From positions 118-64,117 of the forward strand of contig JAUPKX010000011.1 in the NCBI GenBank assembly GCA_030837225.1: a stretch of DNA of 64,000 nucleotides, read 5' to 3'. The position numbers and the translations under genes are program-made. Below are positions 36,058 to 46,729 of this stretch, piece by piece. Each line of letters begins with the position of its first letter. The first letter of the stretch is position 1. The notes under the pieces were generated by a model. The model was not told the DNA's origin. It saw only the letters and a list, made by a program, of their open reading frames with translations, and searched no databases. The stretch comes from Patescibacteria group bacterium (lineage in GTDB: Bacteria > Patescibacteriota > Minisyncoccia > Phycocordibacterales > Phycocordibacteraceae).

Positions 36058-36138
36058 ATCATATCATGATGCGCATATCCACTAGTAAGGCCTCTATGAA
36101 TGCTTCAGACACTCCTTGAGAGCGTATACTTACGAGTA

Positions 36139-37056
36139 ATGATAACTAGGCATGCACGTGGCAAAACGGTTTGGGTAGACCTTGAAGTTCCTACTGAAGA
36201 TGAGATCAGGGATGTGATGCGTGAATTCGACATTGACGAGCGCATCCACGAGGAGATATCGACCCCAACTCCTTACCCGCTTTCCATCGCCTTCCCTGGG
36301 TACTCCTATCTCATCCTGCACTTCCCCGTTGCAGGCTCCGAGGACGGAACGCGGTCCCAGGAAGTAGATTTCATTGTCGGAAAGAATTTCCTTATCACTG
36401 CTCGCTACGAGACAATTGAATCACTGCATAACCTTCATAAAGTACTCGAAGCAGAAGAGCTGCTCGGACTCCCTGAGCGCTCAGGCGGTACTGCAGAACT
36501 TCTTGCCCGTGTTGTTGGACGACTCTATGCCTCTATTAGTGAGGAGATAGAGCACGCAGGAAAGCGTCTTGAGCGCATCGAGCGCGATATTTTCGCTGGA
36601 AGAGAGCAGGCAGCAGTGCGTACCATTTCAGAAGCGGGACGCATCCTTCTTCGCTTTGAGACCGGACTCGCCAGACATAAGGAGCCGCTTGCTGATTTCC
36701 TCGCTGCACTCTCTACCCCCACCTTCTTTGGCTCTAATTTTGAAGAACCTGCAACGCACATTGAGGCGAGGCGTGTTCATGCCGCTTCACTAGTCGCGTC
36801 CTACCGCGCAATAGCGCAAGAACTTCGCGTAACAAACGACTCGTTGCTCTCTGCAAGTCAGAACCAAGTAACGAAAACCCTTACGGTTATGGCCTTTACA
36901 GCGCTTCCTCTCACGCTTATCGCATCCATATTTGGTATGAATGTCGAAGCCATGCCTATCGTGCATAGTCCTAATGGGTTCTGGATTGTGCTTGGCATTA
37001 TGGCTGGTGCAGCATTAACGCTCTACGTGTATTTCAAACTTCGTCGGTGGCTCTAG
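36139..37056 (+). CDS. corA: CorA-family Mg2+/Co2+ transporter
   Basis: GMN motif (FGMNVEAMP) before two C-terminal TM helices. Confidence 0.8.
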   Translation: MITRHARGKTVWVDLEVPTEDEIRDVMREFDIDERIHEEISTPTPYPLSIAFPGYSYLILHFPVAGSEDGTRSQEVDFIVGKNFLITARYETIESLHNLHKVLEAEELLGLPERSGGTAELLARVVGRLYASISEEIEHAGKRLERIERDIFAGREQAAVRTISEAGRILLRFETGLARHKEPLADFLAALSTPTFFGSNFEEPATHIEARRVHAASLVASYRAIAQELRVTNDSLLSASQNQVTKTLTVMAFTALPLTLIASIFGMNVEAMPIVHSPNGFWIVLGIMAGAALTLYVYFKLRRWL

Positions 37057-37078
37057 ATCCGTAGGGTAGAATAGGGAT

Positions 37079-38542
37079 ATGAAATGGCTTACCGGACTCT
37101 TTGCCCGCGAGAGCGAGCCCGCGAGAAGCGATGCGCCGCTCTTCTTCACCAATACACTCTCCGGAAAGAATGAAGCATTCTCCTCCCGCAAGGCTGGAGA
37201 AGTCTCCATGTATTCCTGCGGGCCAACCGTCTACAGCAAGCAACACATTGGAAACCTTAAGGCACCCGTATTCGCGGACTTGGTTGCGCGCGTCTTAACG
37301 TCATCCGGATACCGGGTTAGGCGCGTCATGAACATAACCGACGTGGGCCATCTCGTCTCTGATGCGGACGAGGGAGAGGACAAAATGGAGAAAGGTGCAC
37401 GCGCAGAAGGTATGTCGGCGCAGGACGTCGCCGCTCGCTATACCAAAGCGTTCCTCGAGGACATTAAGGCGCTCAATCTCGACACTGATGCGATTAGTTT
37501 CCCGCGCGCAACCGACTACATAAAGGAGCAAATTGCTATGGTGCAAGCACTCGAAGAGAAAGGCTACACCTACAAAACTTCAGACGGTGTGTATTTCGAT
37601 ACGAGCCGCTTCCCTTCCTATGGCGCACTCAGCCATGGAGGGACCGCATTCCGTGAAGAAGCATTCGCAGAAATAGGACGGCGTATCGCAGGCAATAACG
37701 AGAAAAAGCACCCTGCTGATTTCGCGCTCTGGAAGCTGTCTCCAAGAGGAGGTCACCGGCAACAGGAATGGAGTTCTCCCTGGGGCCCGGGATTCCCAGG
37801 CTGGCACATCGAATGTTCTGCGATGGCCAAAGCACTTCTTGGTCCTGAACTCGATATTCATACGGGCGGTATCGACCACATCCCGGTGCATCACACTAAC
37901 GAGATAGCGCAGTCCGAGAGCGTGAATGGCAGACCGCTGTCTCGCTTCTGGCTACACGAAGCGTTCATCAATCTTGGCGAGGAAAAGATTGCAAAATCAA
38001 CCGGGAACGTTATCTATCTTTCTGATATCACGGAGCGTGGCTACAGTCCGCTCGCGCTTCGTTATCTCTTCCTCCAGGCACACTACCGGTCGCCGATCTC
38101 TTTCTCTTGGGATGCACTTAGTGCGGCTAACGAAGCACTTAACCGACTCTCGCGTTTCTCAGCAATTATCAACGACGAGGCAGGGGGCAACCTAAAGCAG
38201 TGTGATGCCAGTCGCCAGATGATTGCGCTTCTGCGAGACGATCTTGCGACACCCGCAGCACTCGCTCTTCTATGGCAGTCTATTAAAGACGACGACATGG
38301 AGCGTGAAGAACAACTTGCCGTTATCGACGCTGCCGAGAGCGTCCTTGGTCTGTCTCTTCTTTCGCCTAAGGACGAGTTCAAAATCCCAGAACATATACA
38401 GGCACTCATAGATGAGCGCGAACAGGCCCGCAGGAGCAATGACTTCGACAAATCTGATGCCCTGCGTATCCACATACGTGAAGGGGGATATCATGTGGAA
38501 GACGGGCCTTCCGGAGCCATAGTCACTAGGAGACCTGGTTGA
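37079..38542 (+). CDS. cysS: cysteinyl-tRNA synthetase
   Basis: MYSCGPTVYSKQHIGN (HIGH region), KMSKS-like KIAKSTGN. Confidence 0.9.
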   Translation: MKWLTGLFARESEPARSDAPLFFTNTLSGKNEAFSSRKAGEVSMYSCGPTVYSKQHIGNLKAPVFADLVARVLTSSGYRVRRVMNITDVGHLVSDADEGEDKMEKGARAEGMSAQDVAARYTKAFLEDIKALNLDTDAISFPRATDYIKEQIAMVQALEEKGYTYKTSDGVYFDTSRFPSYGALSHGGTAFREEAFAEIGRRIAGNNEKKHPADFALWKLSPRGGHRQQEWSSPWGPGFPGWHIECSAMAKALLGPELDIHTGGIDHIPVHHTNEIAQSESVNGRPLSRFWLHEAFINLGEEKIAKSTGNVIYLSDITERGYSPLALRYLFLQAHYRSPISFSWDALSAANEALNRLSRFSAIINDEAGGNLKQCDASRQMIALLRDDLATPAALALLWQSIKDDDMEREEQLAVIDAAESVLGLSLLSPKDEFKIPEHIQALIDEREQARRSNDFDKSDALRIHIREGGYHVEDGPSGAIVTRRPG

Positions 38543-38556
38543 TAGAATAGAGGGTA

Positions 38557-39921
38557 ATGGCAACCGACCCCACCCTCCGCGTTCCTCCACAGAGTCTCGA
38601 ATCAGAGCGTGCACTTCTCGGCTCTCTTCTCCTAAAGCCTGACGCTATACACGACGTTTCAGATCTTATCCGTCCAGAATCTTTCTATGCGGATAAGCAT
38701 CGTCATATCTTTGATTGCATGCGCGAGCTTGTTGAGCGCGGCGAACCAATCGACATGCTCTCATTAGGAGAACGCTTGAACACAAAAGGTCTTCTTGAGC
38801 GGGCTGGCGGACGCGCATACATTGCGGAGCTCGCAAGTTCCTCCCCTACCCCAGGCAACTTTAATCACTATGCGGAACTAGTAGTCAGGAAGCACATCAT
38901 GCGTTCCTTGATTGACTGTGCGAGCGAGATCACGGAATCCGCCTATGATGACGGTGTCGATACGGCAGTTGCGCTCGATTCTGCAGAAAAGTCTATCTAC
39001 GCCATCGGGAACTCATCGGCTACTCATAAGTTCGTGGCAATCAAGGACAAGATGGACGATGCATGGGATCGCATCGAATCTCTTTCAAAGAACAAGGGTG
39101 CCATTCGTGGCGTTTCTACCGGATTCCCGGATCTCGACAACCTGCTCTCGGGTCTTCACAAGTCGGATCTCATTATCCTCGCCGCACGTCCTTCCATGGG
39201 TAAGACATCGCTTGCGCTTGATATCGCACGCAACGCGGCTGTTCGCCATGACACCCCCGTGGGTATCTTCTCGCTTGAAATGAGCTCGGAGCAGCTCGTT
39301 GATCGTATGCTATCCGCAGAATCGTTTATCGACTCCTGGAAGATGCGTACGGGTGCCATACATGCCGAAGAGGATTTCAGCAAGATTCGTGATGCGCTTG
39401 AAAGCCTCTCAAAGGCCCCTATTTACATTGACGACAAGCCAGCACAGAACATTCTTTCCATGCGTGCTGTGGCGAGGCGTCTGAAGCGTGAGCGTGGTAT
39501 CGGCCTCATTATCGTCGACTACCTCCAGCTCATGGCACCAACCAACACCAAAGCGTCTGATTCCATGGTGCAGCAGGTTACGGAGATCTCGCGCTCTTTG
39601 AAGCAGCTCGCCCGCGAGATTGAGGTTCCCGTTATCGCACTCTCCCAGCTCTCACGTGCGGTTGAGCAGCGCGGCGGCACTCCCCGCCTTTCAGACCTTC
39701 GAGACTCTGGTTCGATTGAGCAAGACGCAGACGTCGTTATGTTTATTCACCGTGAGGACAAAGTAAACAAAGATAGCGATCGCCCAAATATCGCGCAGAT
39801 TCTTGTTGAAAAACATCGAAATGGTCCTACCGGGAAGGTTGAACTCTACTTCGACGAGAAGCGCACCAGCTTCATGCCGATGGATAAGACCGGGTACGGC
39901 GAACTCGCTGACGAATTTTAG
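38557..39921 (+). CDS. dnaB: replicative DNA helicase DnaB (no intein)
   Basis: N-terminal DnaB domain, Walker A GKTS, Walker B, RecA-like fold; 454 aa. Confidence 0.9.
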   Translation: MATDPTLRVPPQSLESERALLGSLLLKPDAIHDVSDLIRPESFYADKHRHIFDCMRELVERGEPIDMLSLGERLNTKGLLERAGGRAYIAELASSSPTPGNFNHYAELVVRKHIMRSLIDCASEITESAYDDGVDTAVALDSAEKSIYAIGNSSATHKFVAIKDKMDDAWDRIESLSKNKGAIRGVSTGFPDLDNLLSGLHKSDLIILAARPSMGKTSLALDIARNAAVRHDTPVGIFSLEMSSEQLVDRMLSAESFIDSWKMRTGAIHAEEDFSKIRDALESLSKAPIYIDDKPAQNILSMRAVARRLKRERGIGLIIVDYLQLMAPTNTKASDSMVQQVTEISRSLKQLAREIEVPVIALSQLSRAVEQRGGTPRLSDLRDSGSIEQDADVVMFIHREDKVNKDSDRPNIAQILVEKHRNGPTGKVELYFDEKRTSFMPMDKTGYGELADEF

Positions 39922-39923
39922 CT

Positions 39924-40529
39924 ATGCGCGACCGGATCGAAGACCTCTCGTCTGCATTCAATCGTTTCCCAGGAATAGGACCCCGCCAAGCGAAGCGTTT
40001 CGTATATCATCTCCTTGCGGTTCCGCAGAGCGACCGCAACCGTCTCGCTGACCTTATCGCGAACCTCGGAAACGATGTGCAGCAGTGTGCTATGTGCATG
40101 CGTTTTGCACCCGTTACAAGCGAGTCCCTCTGCAACTATTGTGCAGACCAGAGCCGACAGGATGCAATCCTAATGATTATCGAGAAGGATCAAGACCTTG
40201 TAGCGGTTGAGCGTACCGGCACCTATCGCGGACGGTACTTTGTGCTTGGCGGAGTACTCACGCTTTCAGGCAAAGGTGCAATTCGCGAACGGGATTTGAT
40301 ACGAGTCGTTGAAGCGAGAGCAAATGCAGGACTGTCTGAGATTGTGCTCGCGCTTTCCGCAACCTCAGAAGGCGAGCACACGGCAGACCGGGTGCGTGAG
40401 GTCCTCGCACCGCTGCGTGGATCAATCCTTATCTCAGAGCTTGGCCGTGGCCTTTCAACGGGCAGCGAGCTTGAGTACGCAGACTCCACTACCCTTTCGG
40501 CAGCGCTTCAGAACCGAAAGGAGACATAA
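39924..40529 (+). CDS. recR: recombination protein RecR
   Basis: HhH, C4 zinc finger CAMC..CNYC, Toprim domain. Confidence 0.9.
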   Translation: MRDRIEDLSSAFNRFPGIGPRQAKRFVYHLLAVPQSDRNRLADLIANLGNDVQQCAMCMRFAPVTSESLCNYCADQSRQDAILMIIEKDQDLVAVERTGTYRGRYFVLGGVLTLSGKGAIRERDLIRVVEARANAGLSEIVLALSATSEGEHTADRVREVLAPLRGSILISELGRGLSTGSELEYADSTTLSAALQNRKET

Positions 40530-40589
40530 GGAAAGGGCCCGCCGTACATTCTGTGCGGTCGGGCCCCTTTGTTAGCTTCGTCCTACTGA

Positions 40590-40841
40590 CTAGGCGGCGT
40601 CTGAACACTTCTCGTCATCCCAGCTGTGCTGGTAGGTGAGCTGCTCCACTTCCCTCTTTGAAGCGAAGAAGAAGGCTTTGCCGCGATCGACGCGCTCGAT
40701 GCGCACCTCCTTGCAGAGAAGTTCTTCGATCAGCAGCATTGTGTGTTCGACGAGATCGGTTTCTCCTTCCTTCGCCCTACGCGATGCGCAGATCGTATTG
40801 CCACGATCATCGCTGACAGCCACGATTCTGTGTATGGACAT
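40590..40841 (-). CDS. hypothetical protein (83 aa)
   Basis: ORF only; Cys x3. Confidence 0.35.
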   Translation of the reverse strand: MSIHRIVAVSDDRGNTICASRRAKEGETDLVEHTMLLIEELLCKEVRIERVDRGKAFFFASKREVEQLTYQHSWDDEKCSDAA

Positions 40842-40945
40842 GAATACCTCCCTGAAACAATGCCAGTCGCCATACTCGCACAGCTACGTGCTGAATACAA
40901 GATGAAGCCCCTAAAGAAAGAGCCGCCCTTTCGGGAGGCTTGTTC

Positions 40946-41275
40946 TTACGCGATTGAGTCGATCTTGACCCTAATCTCTGGCTGGCGGTGTCCGCGGCGC
41001 TTTAGGTAGCGACTCTTAGCCTTGTACTTAACCACCTCAATCTTCTTTGCGCGTCCTACCGAGTACACGGTGCCCGTGACGGTCTTTCCTGCGAGTGTTG
41101 GAGTACCGAGCGCGAGGGTGCCGTTATCGGTCATAAGGACCTCGTCAAACGTAATGACATCACCTTTCTTAATATCCTGCGTAGCGGCGCCACGACCAAG
41201 CTTCTCGATGGTTACGAGAGCGCCTGGGGAGACGACATACTGCTTGCCGCCGGTCTTGATTACTGCGAGTTCCAT
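40946..41275 (-). CDS. rplU: 50S ribosomal protein L21
   Basis: N-terminus MELAVIKTGGKQYVVSPG.. matches L21 (MYAVI.TGGKQ). Confidence 0.85.
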   Translation of the reverse strand: MELAVIKTGGKQYVVSPGALVTIEKLGRGAATQDIKKGDVITFDEVLMTDNGTLALGTPTLAGKTVTGTVYSVGRAKKIEVVKYKAKSRYLKRRGHRQPEIRVKIDSIA

Positions 41276-41321
41276 AGTCCCCGTATAGTACCGAAATAGG
41301 CCCTAGAAAGCAATAGCGGGG

Positions 41322-42374
41322 CTATTCCTCGGTATTTCCAGGCTTATCCAGGAGCTCAACCTCAAGTCCTATCTTCTCCTCAGTGATTCGGTAGACGTCC
41401 TTTTCAACCTTTCCGAGCTCTTTGTAGCCACTGTTGTAGTGCGACACCGCAGTTCCAAGGGCAGTCCCGAGCTTCTGGTAGTAAGTCTCATAGGCGCCCA
41501 GATGCTTCCCAAGCTCTCCTACGCGCTTCTGGATCTCCTCAGCTCGCTTCTCTATCTGGAGGGCCTTCAGGCCCTGCATAACGGTCTGGAGGTAGGCCAG
41601 GAAGGATGTTGGCGAGACGATAATAACCTTGAACTTGCCCGCAGCCCGCTGAATAAGGTTCTCCTCCTCGCCCGCACCTACCTGGTTTGTAAGAAGGTCG
41701 TAGTAGATACCCTCCGAAGGGATGAACATGAAGGCGAAGTCCATGGTTCCTTCTTCAGGACGAATGTACTTGGCAGTCTCAGATATGCGAAGCTTTAAAT
41801 CGTTCACGAACGCCTTCTCGAGCGCAATACGCTCTGCCCCTTCCGCATGGATGTAACGGTTGTAGTTGTCTAAGGAGAACTTCGAGTCAACCGGTACAAT
41901 CTTGTCGTTAATATAGACCGCGGCGTCGACAATCTCTCCGTTCTCGAACATGTGCTGCATCTTGAACATGCCGGGCGGCAGTACGTTCTTAAGGACGGTC
42001 TCCAAATAGTACTCGCCAAGGATACCGCGTTGTTTCGGGTTCTTTAGAATGTCCTGGAGGTTCTTTAACTGCTCCGCGAACTTGCCTGTTTCGCGACCGA
42101 TTTCTTTAACCGATGTTATTTCCGCGGTTATCTCTTTGATGAGGCGTGAAGACTCTCCGAGCTGGCTACGGACCGTCTCGTGCATCTGCTTCGAGGACTC
42201 GTTCATCCGCGAGTCCAGAGAGCGTTCGAGTTTCTCCATTTGATTCTGGATCAAGAGGAGGCCTCCTTCGTCCCTGGGCTTATCATTCTCGCGACGCCTT
42301 AGCATTAGCCAGAGTCCAATCCCCTGCATGAGAATCAGTACCGCAACAATGATGACAATCGTTATAACGTTCAT
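41322..42374 (-). CDS. rmuC: DNA recombination protein RmuC
   Basis: N-terminal TM, long coiled-coil, C-terminal RmuC nuclease-like domain; start at internal Met of ORF ..42422. Confidence 0.7.
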   Translation of the reverse strand: MNVITIVIIVAVLILMQGIGLWLMLRRRENDKPRDEGGLLLIQNQMEKLERSLDSRMNESSKQMHETVRSQLGESSRLIKEITAEITSVKEIGRETGKFAEQLKNLQDILKNPKQRGILGEYYLETVLKNVLPPGMFKMQHMFENGEIVDAAVYINDKIVPVDSKFSLDNYNRYIHAEGAERIALEKAFVNDLKLRISETAKYIRPEEGTMDFAFMFIPSEGIYYDLLTNQVGAGEEENLIQRAAGKFKVIIVSPTSFLAYLQTVMQGLKALQIEKRAEEIQKRVGELGKHLGAYETYYQKLGTALGTAVSHYNSGYKELGKVEKDVYRITEEKIGLEVELLDKPGNTEE

Positions 42375-45016
42375 GCTTTGAGTATAACGGATTTCGATTC
42401 TGGACGTATGAACAGAACCCATTTCGCAAGCTCAATGGTTGCAAGATTGAAGAGTCCAAATCCAACAAGGATGAGAAGCTGAAGCGGTGTTGGCTCCGTT
42501 ACGTGCACGAGCTTCTGAAGGAATGGCACATAAAGCGCTGCTAATAGGAGTGCCGTGCTTGCGCACAAGGAGATCAAGAGAAACCGGTTGGAGAATAGTG
42601 GCAGCTTCCAAAGCGGTGTCCCGAAACTCTTCATGGAGAATGCCATGAAGATGCAGTTTACCGAGACCGCAACGAACATGAGGGTCTGAATCTCCTCGAT
42701 AGGAAGCTTAATCGAAAGCAAGTAGAGATAGATAGCGATAAGAACCGTCGCAGTTATTGATCCCACGAGCACGATAAGCTTGATGAGCTTTGGTGATAGT
42801 ACGCGTGCGTTCTCAGGATCCTTGGGATCCCGCTTCATGGCATCTGGATAGAGTGGCTCGAACGCAAACGCAAAGTTCATGAGTCCGCCCTCGATGAGGT
42901 TTGACCACAGCACCTGTGTCGCAAGAATCGGAAGCGGCAAACCGAAGATAAGCGAGAACGTGATGAGCACCACCTCGCTGAAGTTCGTCGACAGCATGTA
43001 CGCGAAGATCTTCTTGAAGTTATCGCGCAGACGCCTTCCCTCTCTGATGGCTGCCGTTATAACCGAGAACCCGTTATCAAGAAGTACGAGATCTGATGCC
43101 TCCTTCGCCACATCGGTTCCTGAACCAAGCGCGATACCAATTGCCGCTGCGCGAAGCGCTGGCGCATCATTCACGCCGTCACCGGTCATTGCAGTTACTT
43201 CTCCCGCATCCTTAAGCACATTCGCAATACGTAGCTTCTCAGCAGGCGCCACGCGTGCAAATACGGTATGTGAGCGAAGTAACTCAACAAGCTCAGCATC
43301 TGAAAGTGGGGAAAGTTCAGATCCTGTATACGCACGCTCTTCATCGTCCGCAATGCCAACGGCACGTGCGATAGAAAGCGCTGTTTCCGGATTGTCCCCG
43401 GTAAGCATGATCACGCGAGCACCGGCGCTCTTCATCTCAGCAATCGCGTCCCTTGCTTCAGGACGTATGACATCAGAGAAGACCAAAAGACCAAGGAACT
43501 CCCCGCTTGCCAAGAACTCCAGAAGATTTCCCTCACTTGGAAATCGCCCGTGCGATGACTCGGCACGCGCAACGGCAATCACCCGCTTTCCTTCCTGTGC
43601 CGCTCGAGAAAGTGCATCCTCGAAATGCGTACGCGTCTCGCTAGCTACAGCACTGATAGTTGAAAGGAAAAGTTCTGGTGCACCAGTTATGTACGCGACT
43701 GACTTCCCACCATCCTCTACGAGCATGCCCCCAAAGCGACGCGAGGAGTCGAAATGAAGCTCATCAAGACGCGGGAGCTCCTTTATAAGTACGTGCTGTG
43801 CAATGCCGTTCTTGAGGCCCGACATTACAATCGCCTGCTCGATTGGTCTACCGTGTACTACAAGCTTCTCATCAACAGGTGCCTCAGGCCGTTCCTCTAC
43901 ATACGCATTTGACGCAAGAACCGCACCACGCAGAAGTGCGTTAGGCTCACCATCAGGTGCGTCCGTTGCGGTGCTGTTTCTAGTTACGAACATCTCGAGC
44001 GTCATGCGTCCCTCGGTTAGGGTACCGGTCTTATCCGTCAGAATAATGCTCGTTGTGCCAAGCGTCTCAGCCGCAAGAAGATTGCGCACGAGTCCCCCGC
44101 TTTTAAGGATGCGCTCCATACCAAGGGCCAGCACTACCGTAACGGCAGCCGGCAATCCTTCAGGAACGGATGCAACCGCAAGGGCGATCGCGGTAAATAT
44201 GGTTTCGTCGAGTGGCAGACCTCGTAGAAGGCCGAGTGCGATGATACCGACAATAACAACCGACACCGCCCCCAGAATGAAGCGTGCCACCTGCCGTATA
44301 TCACGCATCAGCGGCGTAACCGATTCATCTTTCTTCCCAAGCTCAAGCGCAATCTGTCCAAGTTCCGTATCGCCACCAACTGCAACAACGATGCCCTTGC
44401 CGGCTCCTGCAGAAACGAGTGTTCCGGCATACGCCATACCTAAGCGCTCAACTAAGGGCGCATCTTCTTTAGCAGTGTCTGTATTTTTCTCGACTGCCAT
44501 CCACTCGCCTGAAAGCGCTGATTCGTTTATTGATAGTCCGTGTACTTCTATAAGACGCACGTCGGCTGGTATAGCGTTCCCGGTTGAGAGCATCACGACG
44601 TCCCCAACCACCAGATCCTCTGCAGCTATGCGTATCGGTTCGCCGCCGCGCTCTACTACGGCATAGCGGGCCTCTCCTTTCTTAAGGGCCTCGAACGCCT
44701 TTGATGCGCGACCCTCCTGCACGAGGCCCATAACGACGTTCACAAGAAGCGCTGCCGCTATGATTAGTGCATCAGTGTAATGAGACAGGAATACCGTTGC
44801 GAGTGCAGCTGCAATGAGTACTAAGGTGATTGGACTCGCGAACTGTCGGACTATGCGCATGAACACGGTTTCTCGCTCAGGCTCGGGCATCCGATTGCCT
44901 CCGCTCTTGAGACGACGAACTGCCTCCTCACGCAAGAGTCCGTGTTTGAGATCCGTCTTTAGTTTTTCTGCTATCGAGTCAGGGGTAAGTGCGTGCCAGG
45001 TTTCTCTATAGGTCAT
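42371..45016 (-). CDS. P-type cation-transporting ATPase (P2-type, Ca2+/Mg2+-like)
   Basis: DKTGTLT phosphorylation motif, TGDGVNDAPAL hinge motif, 8-10 TM. Confidence 0.85.
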   Translation of the reverse strand: MTYRETWHALTPDSIAEKLKTDLKHGLLREEAVRRLKSGGNRMPEPERETVFMRIVRQFASPITLVLIAAALATVFLSHYTDALIIAAALLVNVVMGLVQEGRASKAFEALKKGEARYAVVERGGEPIRIAAEDLVVGDVVMLSTGNAIPADVRLIEVHGLSINESALSGEWMAVEKNTDTAKEDAPLVERLGMAYAGTLVSAGAGKGIVVAVGGDTELGQIALELGKKDESVTPLMRDIRQVARFILGAVSVVIVGIIALGLLRGLPLDETIFTAIALAVASVPEGLPAAVTVVLALGMERILKSGGLVRNLLAAETLGTTSIILTDKTGTLTEGRMTLEMFVTRNSTATDAPDGEPNALLRGAVLASNAYVEERPEAPVDEKLVVHGRPIEQAIVMSGLKNGIAQHVLIKELPRLDELHFDSSRRFGGMLVEDGGKSVAYITGAPELFLSTISAVASETRTHFEDALSRAAQEGKRVIAVARAESSHGRFPSEGNLLEFLASGEFLGLLVFSDVIRPEARDAIAEMKSAGARVIMLTGDNPETALSIARAVGIADDEERAYTGSELSPLSDAELVELLRSHTVFARVAPAEKLRIANVLKDAGEVTAMTGDGVNDAPALRAAAIGIALGSGTDVAKEASDLVLLDNGFSVITAAIREGRRLRDNFKKIFAYMLSTNFSEVVLITFSLIFGLPLPILATQVLWSNLIEGGLMNFAFAFEPLYPDAMKRDPKDPENARVLSPKLIKLIVLVGSITATVLIAIYLYLLSIKLPIEEIQTLMFVAVSVNCIFMAFSMKSFGTPLWKLPLFSNRFLLISLCASTALLLAALYVPFLQKLVHVTEPTPLQLLILVGFGLFNLATIELAKWVLFIRPESKSVILKA

Positions 45017-45080
45017 TCCTTGGATTATACCCGACTCGAGAACGGTACCCAGGGGAAGCTTCTGATGCTAGGATTTCTGT

Positions 45081-45536
45081 ATGACCATACATCAAGGAAT
45101 TAAAGCAGGAATCCCTGACGCACTACGTGCCAAGGACGAAGTGCGTCTGCGCACCCTCCGTTCGCTCACGACCGCCATGACCAACGAAGTCGTTGCGAAA
45201 AAAAGAAAGCCGGACGAGTTCCTCACCGATGAGGAAGCCCTTGTTGTCTTGAAGCGTGCAAGCAACCAGCGCAAGGATTCTATTGAGCAGTTCGAGGCAG
45301 CGGGCCGCGACGAACTGGCAGTACCCGAGAAAGAGGAGCTTCTTGTTATTGAGTCTTTCCTTCCGGCTCAGATGAGCACCGAGGAGATTGAAGTAGTTGT
45401 TAAAGCGAAAATGCTTGAGATGGGAGTGTCCGAGAAGAAGGATGCGGGACGCTTCACAGGTGCCGTTATGCAGGAACTTAAAGGCAAAGCGGATGGAGGT
45501 GCGGTGAAGGCGGTTATAGACTCTCTTCTTGCGTAA
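45081..45536 (+). CDS. yqeY: GatB/YqeY domain protein
   Basis: YqeY-like helical domain, 151 aa. Confidence 0.7.
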   Translation: MTIHQGIKAGIPDALRAKDEVRLRTLRSLTTAMTNEVVAKKRKPDEFLTDEEALVVLKRASNQRKDSIEQFEAAGRDELAVPEKEELLVIESFLPAQMSTEEIEVVVKAKMLEMGVSEKKDAGRFTGAVMQELKGKADGGAVKAVIDSLLA

Positions 45537-45552
45537 CTCTTACTCATAGCGG

Positions 45553-45813
45553 ATGATGATTATGGAAAAGTCACCAACGAACTACGGAGAGAATCCAATG
45601 GCCAATCGGCCTGCACATATCGAGAAAGCGCGACTGGAGGGCGATACTGAGCTACTGAGCGCTGCTGGCCGTAAGGGCGCACGCGTCGTCGCACAAAAGC
45701 GCGAAGCCACTCGCTTGATGGATGAGCGAATCGCTGAGCAACACATGAGCGACGAGCAGTATCGCGCAAACCAGACAGGGGAGGATATTATCCCGCTTTC
45801 CGTCTACGACTAG
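45553..45813 (+). CDS. hypothetical protein (86 aa), weak KGG stress-protein-like segment
   Basis: ORF; AAGRKGA-like motif; hairpin terminator follows (45820-45855). Confidence 0.35.
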   Translation: MMIMEKSPTNYGENPMANRPAHIEKARLEGDTELLSAAGRKGARVVAQKREATRLMDERIAEQHMSDEQYRANQTGEDIIPLSVYD

Positions 45814-45911
45814 ACAACTTCACCGGTCCCCTTCCATGGGGGGCCGGTTTGTTTTTGACAAAATAAGGTTTTTGATATTTAATACTATTTGGATTCCTGA
45901 AGGAGGAGCTA

Positions 45912-46616
45912 ATGGCTCGAACACGCAAACCGCTAAAACCTAAGACTGTATGGCGGTACGGCGCACAATGCGACGAGCCGCTTTTCATTCAGGACGAAGT
46001 ACGTCCTGGTAAGGTACGTGAAATCTTCGTTGAGTTCGTTGCGGGCGCGATAACACATCAAAAGTTTGCCGTGCGAATTCGTGGGGAGTACCACTACTTC
46101 GTCTACAACAACTTCAGCGCACATAAACAAGTCATCGGTGATGACACCTGGGTGAGCCGCGTCGTGTATCGGAGTCTTGAGGTCATGGCAGACCACGTGA
46201 TGCGTGCCATCTTCTCAGGTTTTGGCACGAGTAATCGCCCATCCACTAAACCCCTCTACGTTGAAGGAGAGCGAGTAACTCTTCTGCGACTGTCTCGAGG
46301 GAACCTAACATTTAGATGGAGTACGGAAGAATACCGCGTATTTGCACTGAACGGCGAGATGCTGTTCGATGAGCCGGGAACCCCGCTTCCTCCCTCGATA
46401 CGCCGATTCTTTGAGCGGTTTGCCATAGAAATATGGCCGAAGCTTCCGGTCTATAAGACCAAAAAACAGCGAGAAGCAGAACTTGTGGCGCGCCGGATCA
46501 AGAAAACCGCGCCCGCCACCCTACTCCTCGAGTCTGAGGTTCTATCGGTGAAGATCGTAAAGAAACCCAGAGCAAAACCAAAGCCCGATGGGCCACACCA
46601 GCCCCGTCTGTGCTAA
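45912..46616 (+). CDS. hypothetical protein (234 aa)
   Basis: ORF preceded by TTGACA promoter and GGAGGA SD; followed by strong terminator. Confidence 0.5.
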   Translation: MARTRKPLKPKTVWRYGAQCDEPLFIQDEVRPGKVREIFVEFVAGAITHQKFAVRIRGEYHYFVYNNFSAHKQVIGDDTWVSRVVYRSLEVMADHVMRAIFSGFGTSNRPSTKPLYVEGERVTLLRLSRGNLTFRWSTEEYRVFALNGEMLFDEPGTPLPPSIRRFFERFAIEIWPKLPVYKTKKQREAELVARRIKKTAPATLLLESEVLSVKIVKKPRAKPKPDGPHQPRLC

Positions 46617-46620
46617 CTAC

Positions 46621-46655
46621 TAGGCGACCCTTGCGGTCGCCTTTTCTTTTTTGGA
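46621..46655 (+). terminator. Rho-independent terminator GGCGACCCTTGCGGTCGCC + TTTTCTTTTTT
   Basis: Stem-loop + long T-tract. Confidence 0.65.
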
Positions 46656-46729
46656 TAATGTTGTAATATCATCCTGGAGTTCGGTGATGGTGGACCTCGA
46701 AGGAACCAACCTTAGAAGGATTCATCACA

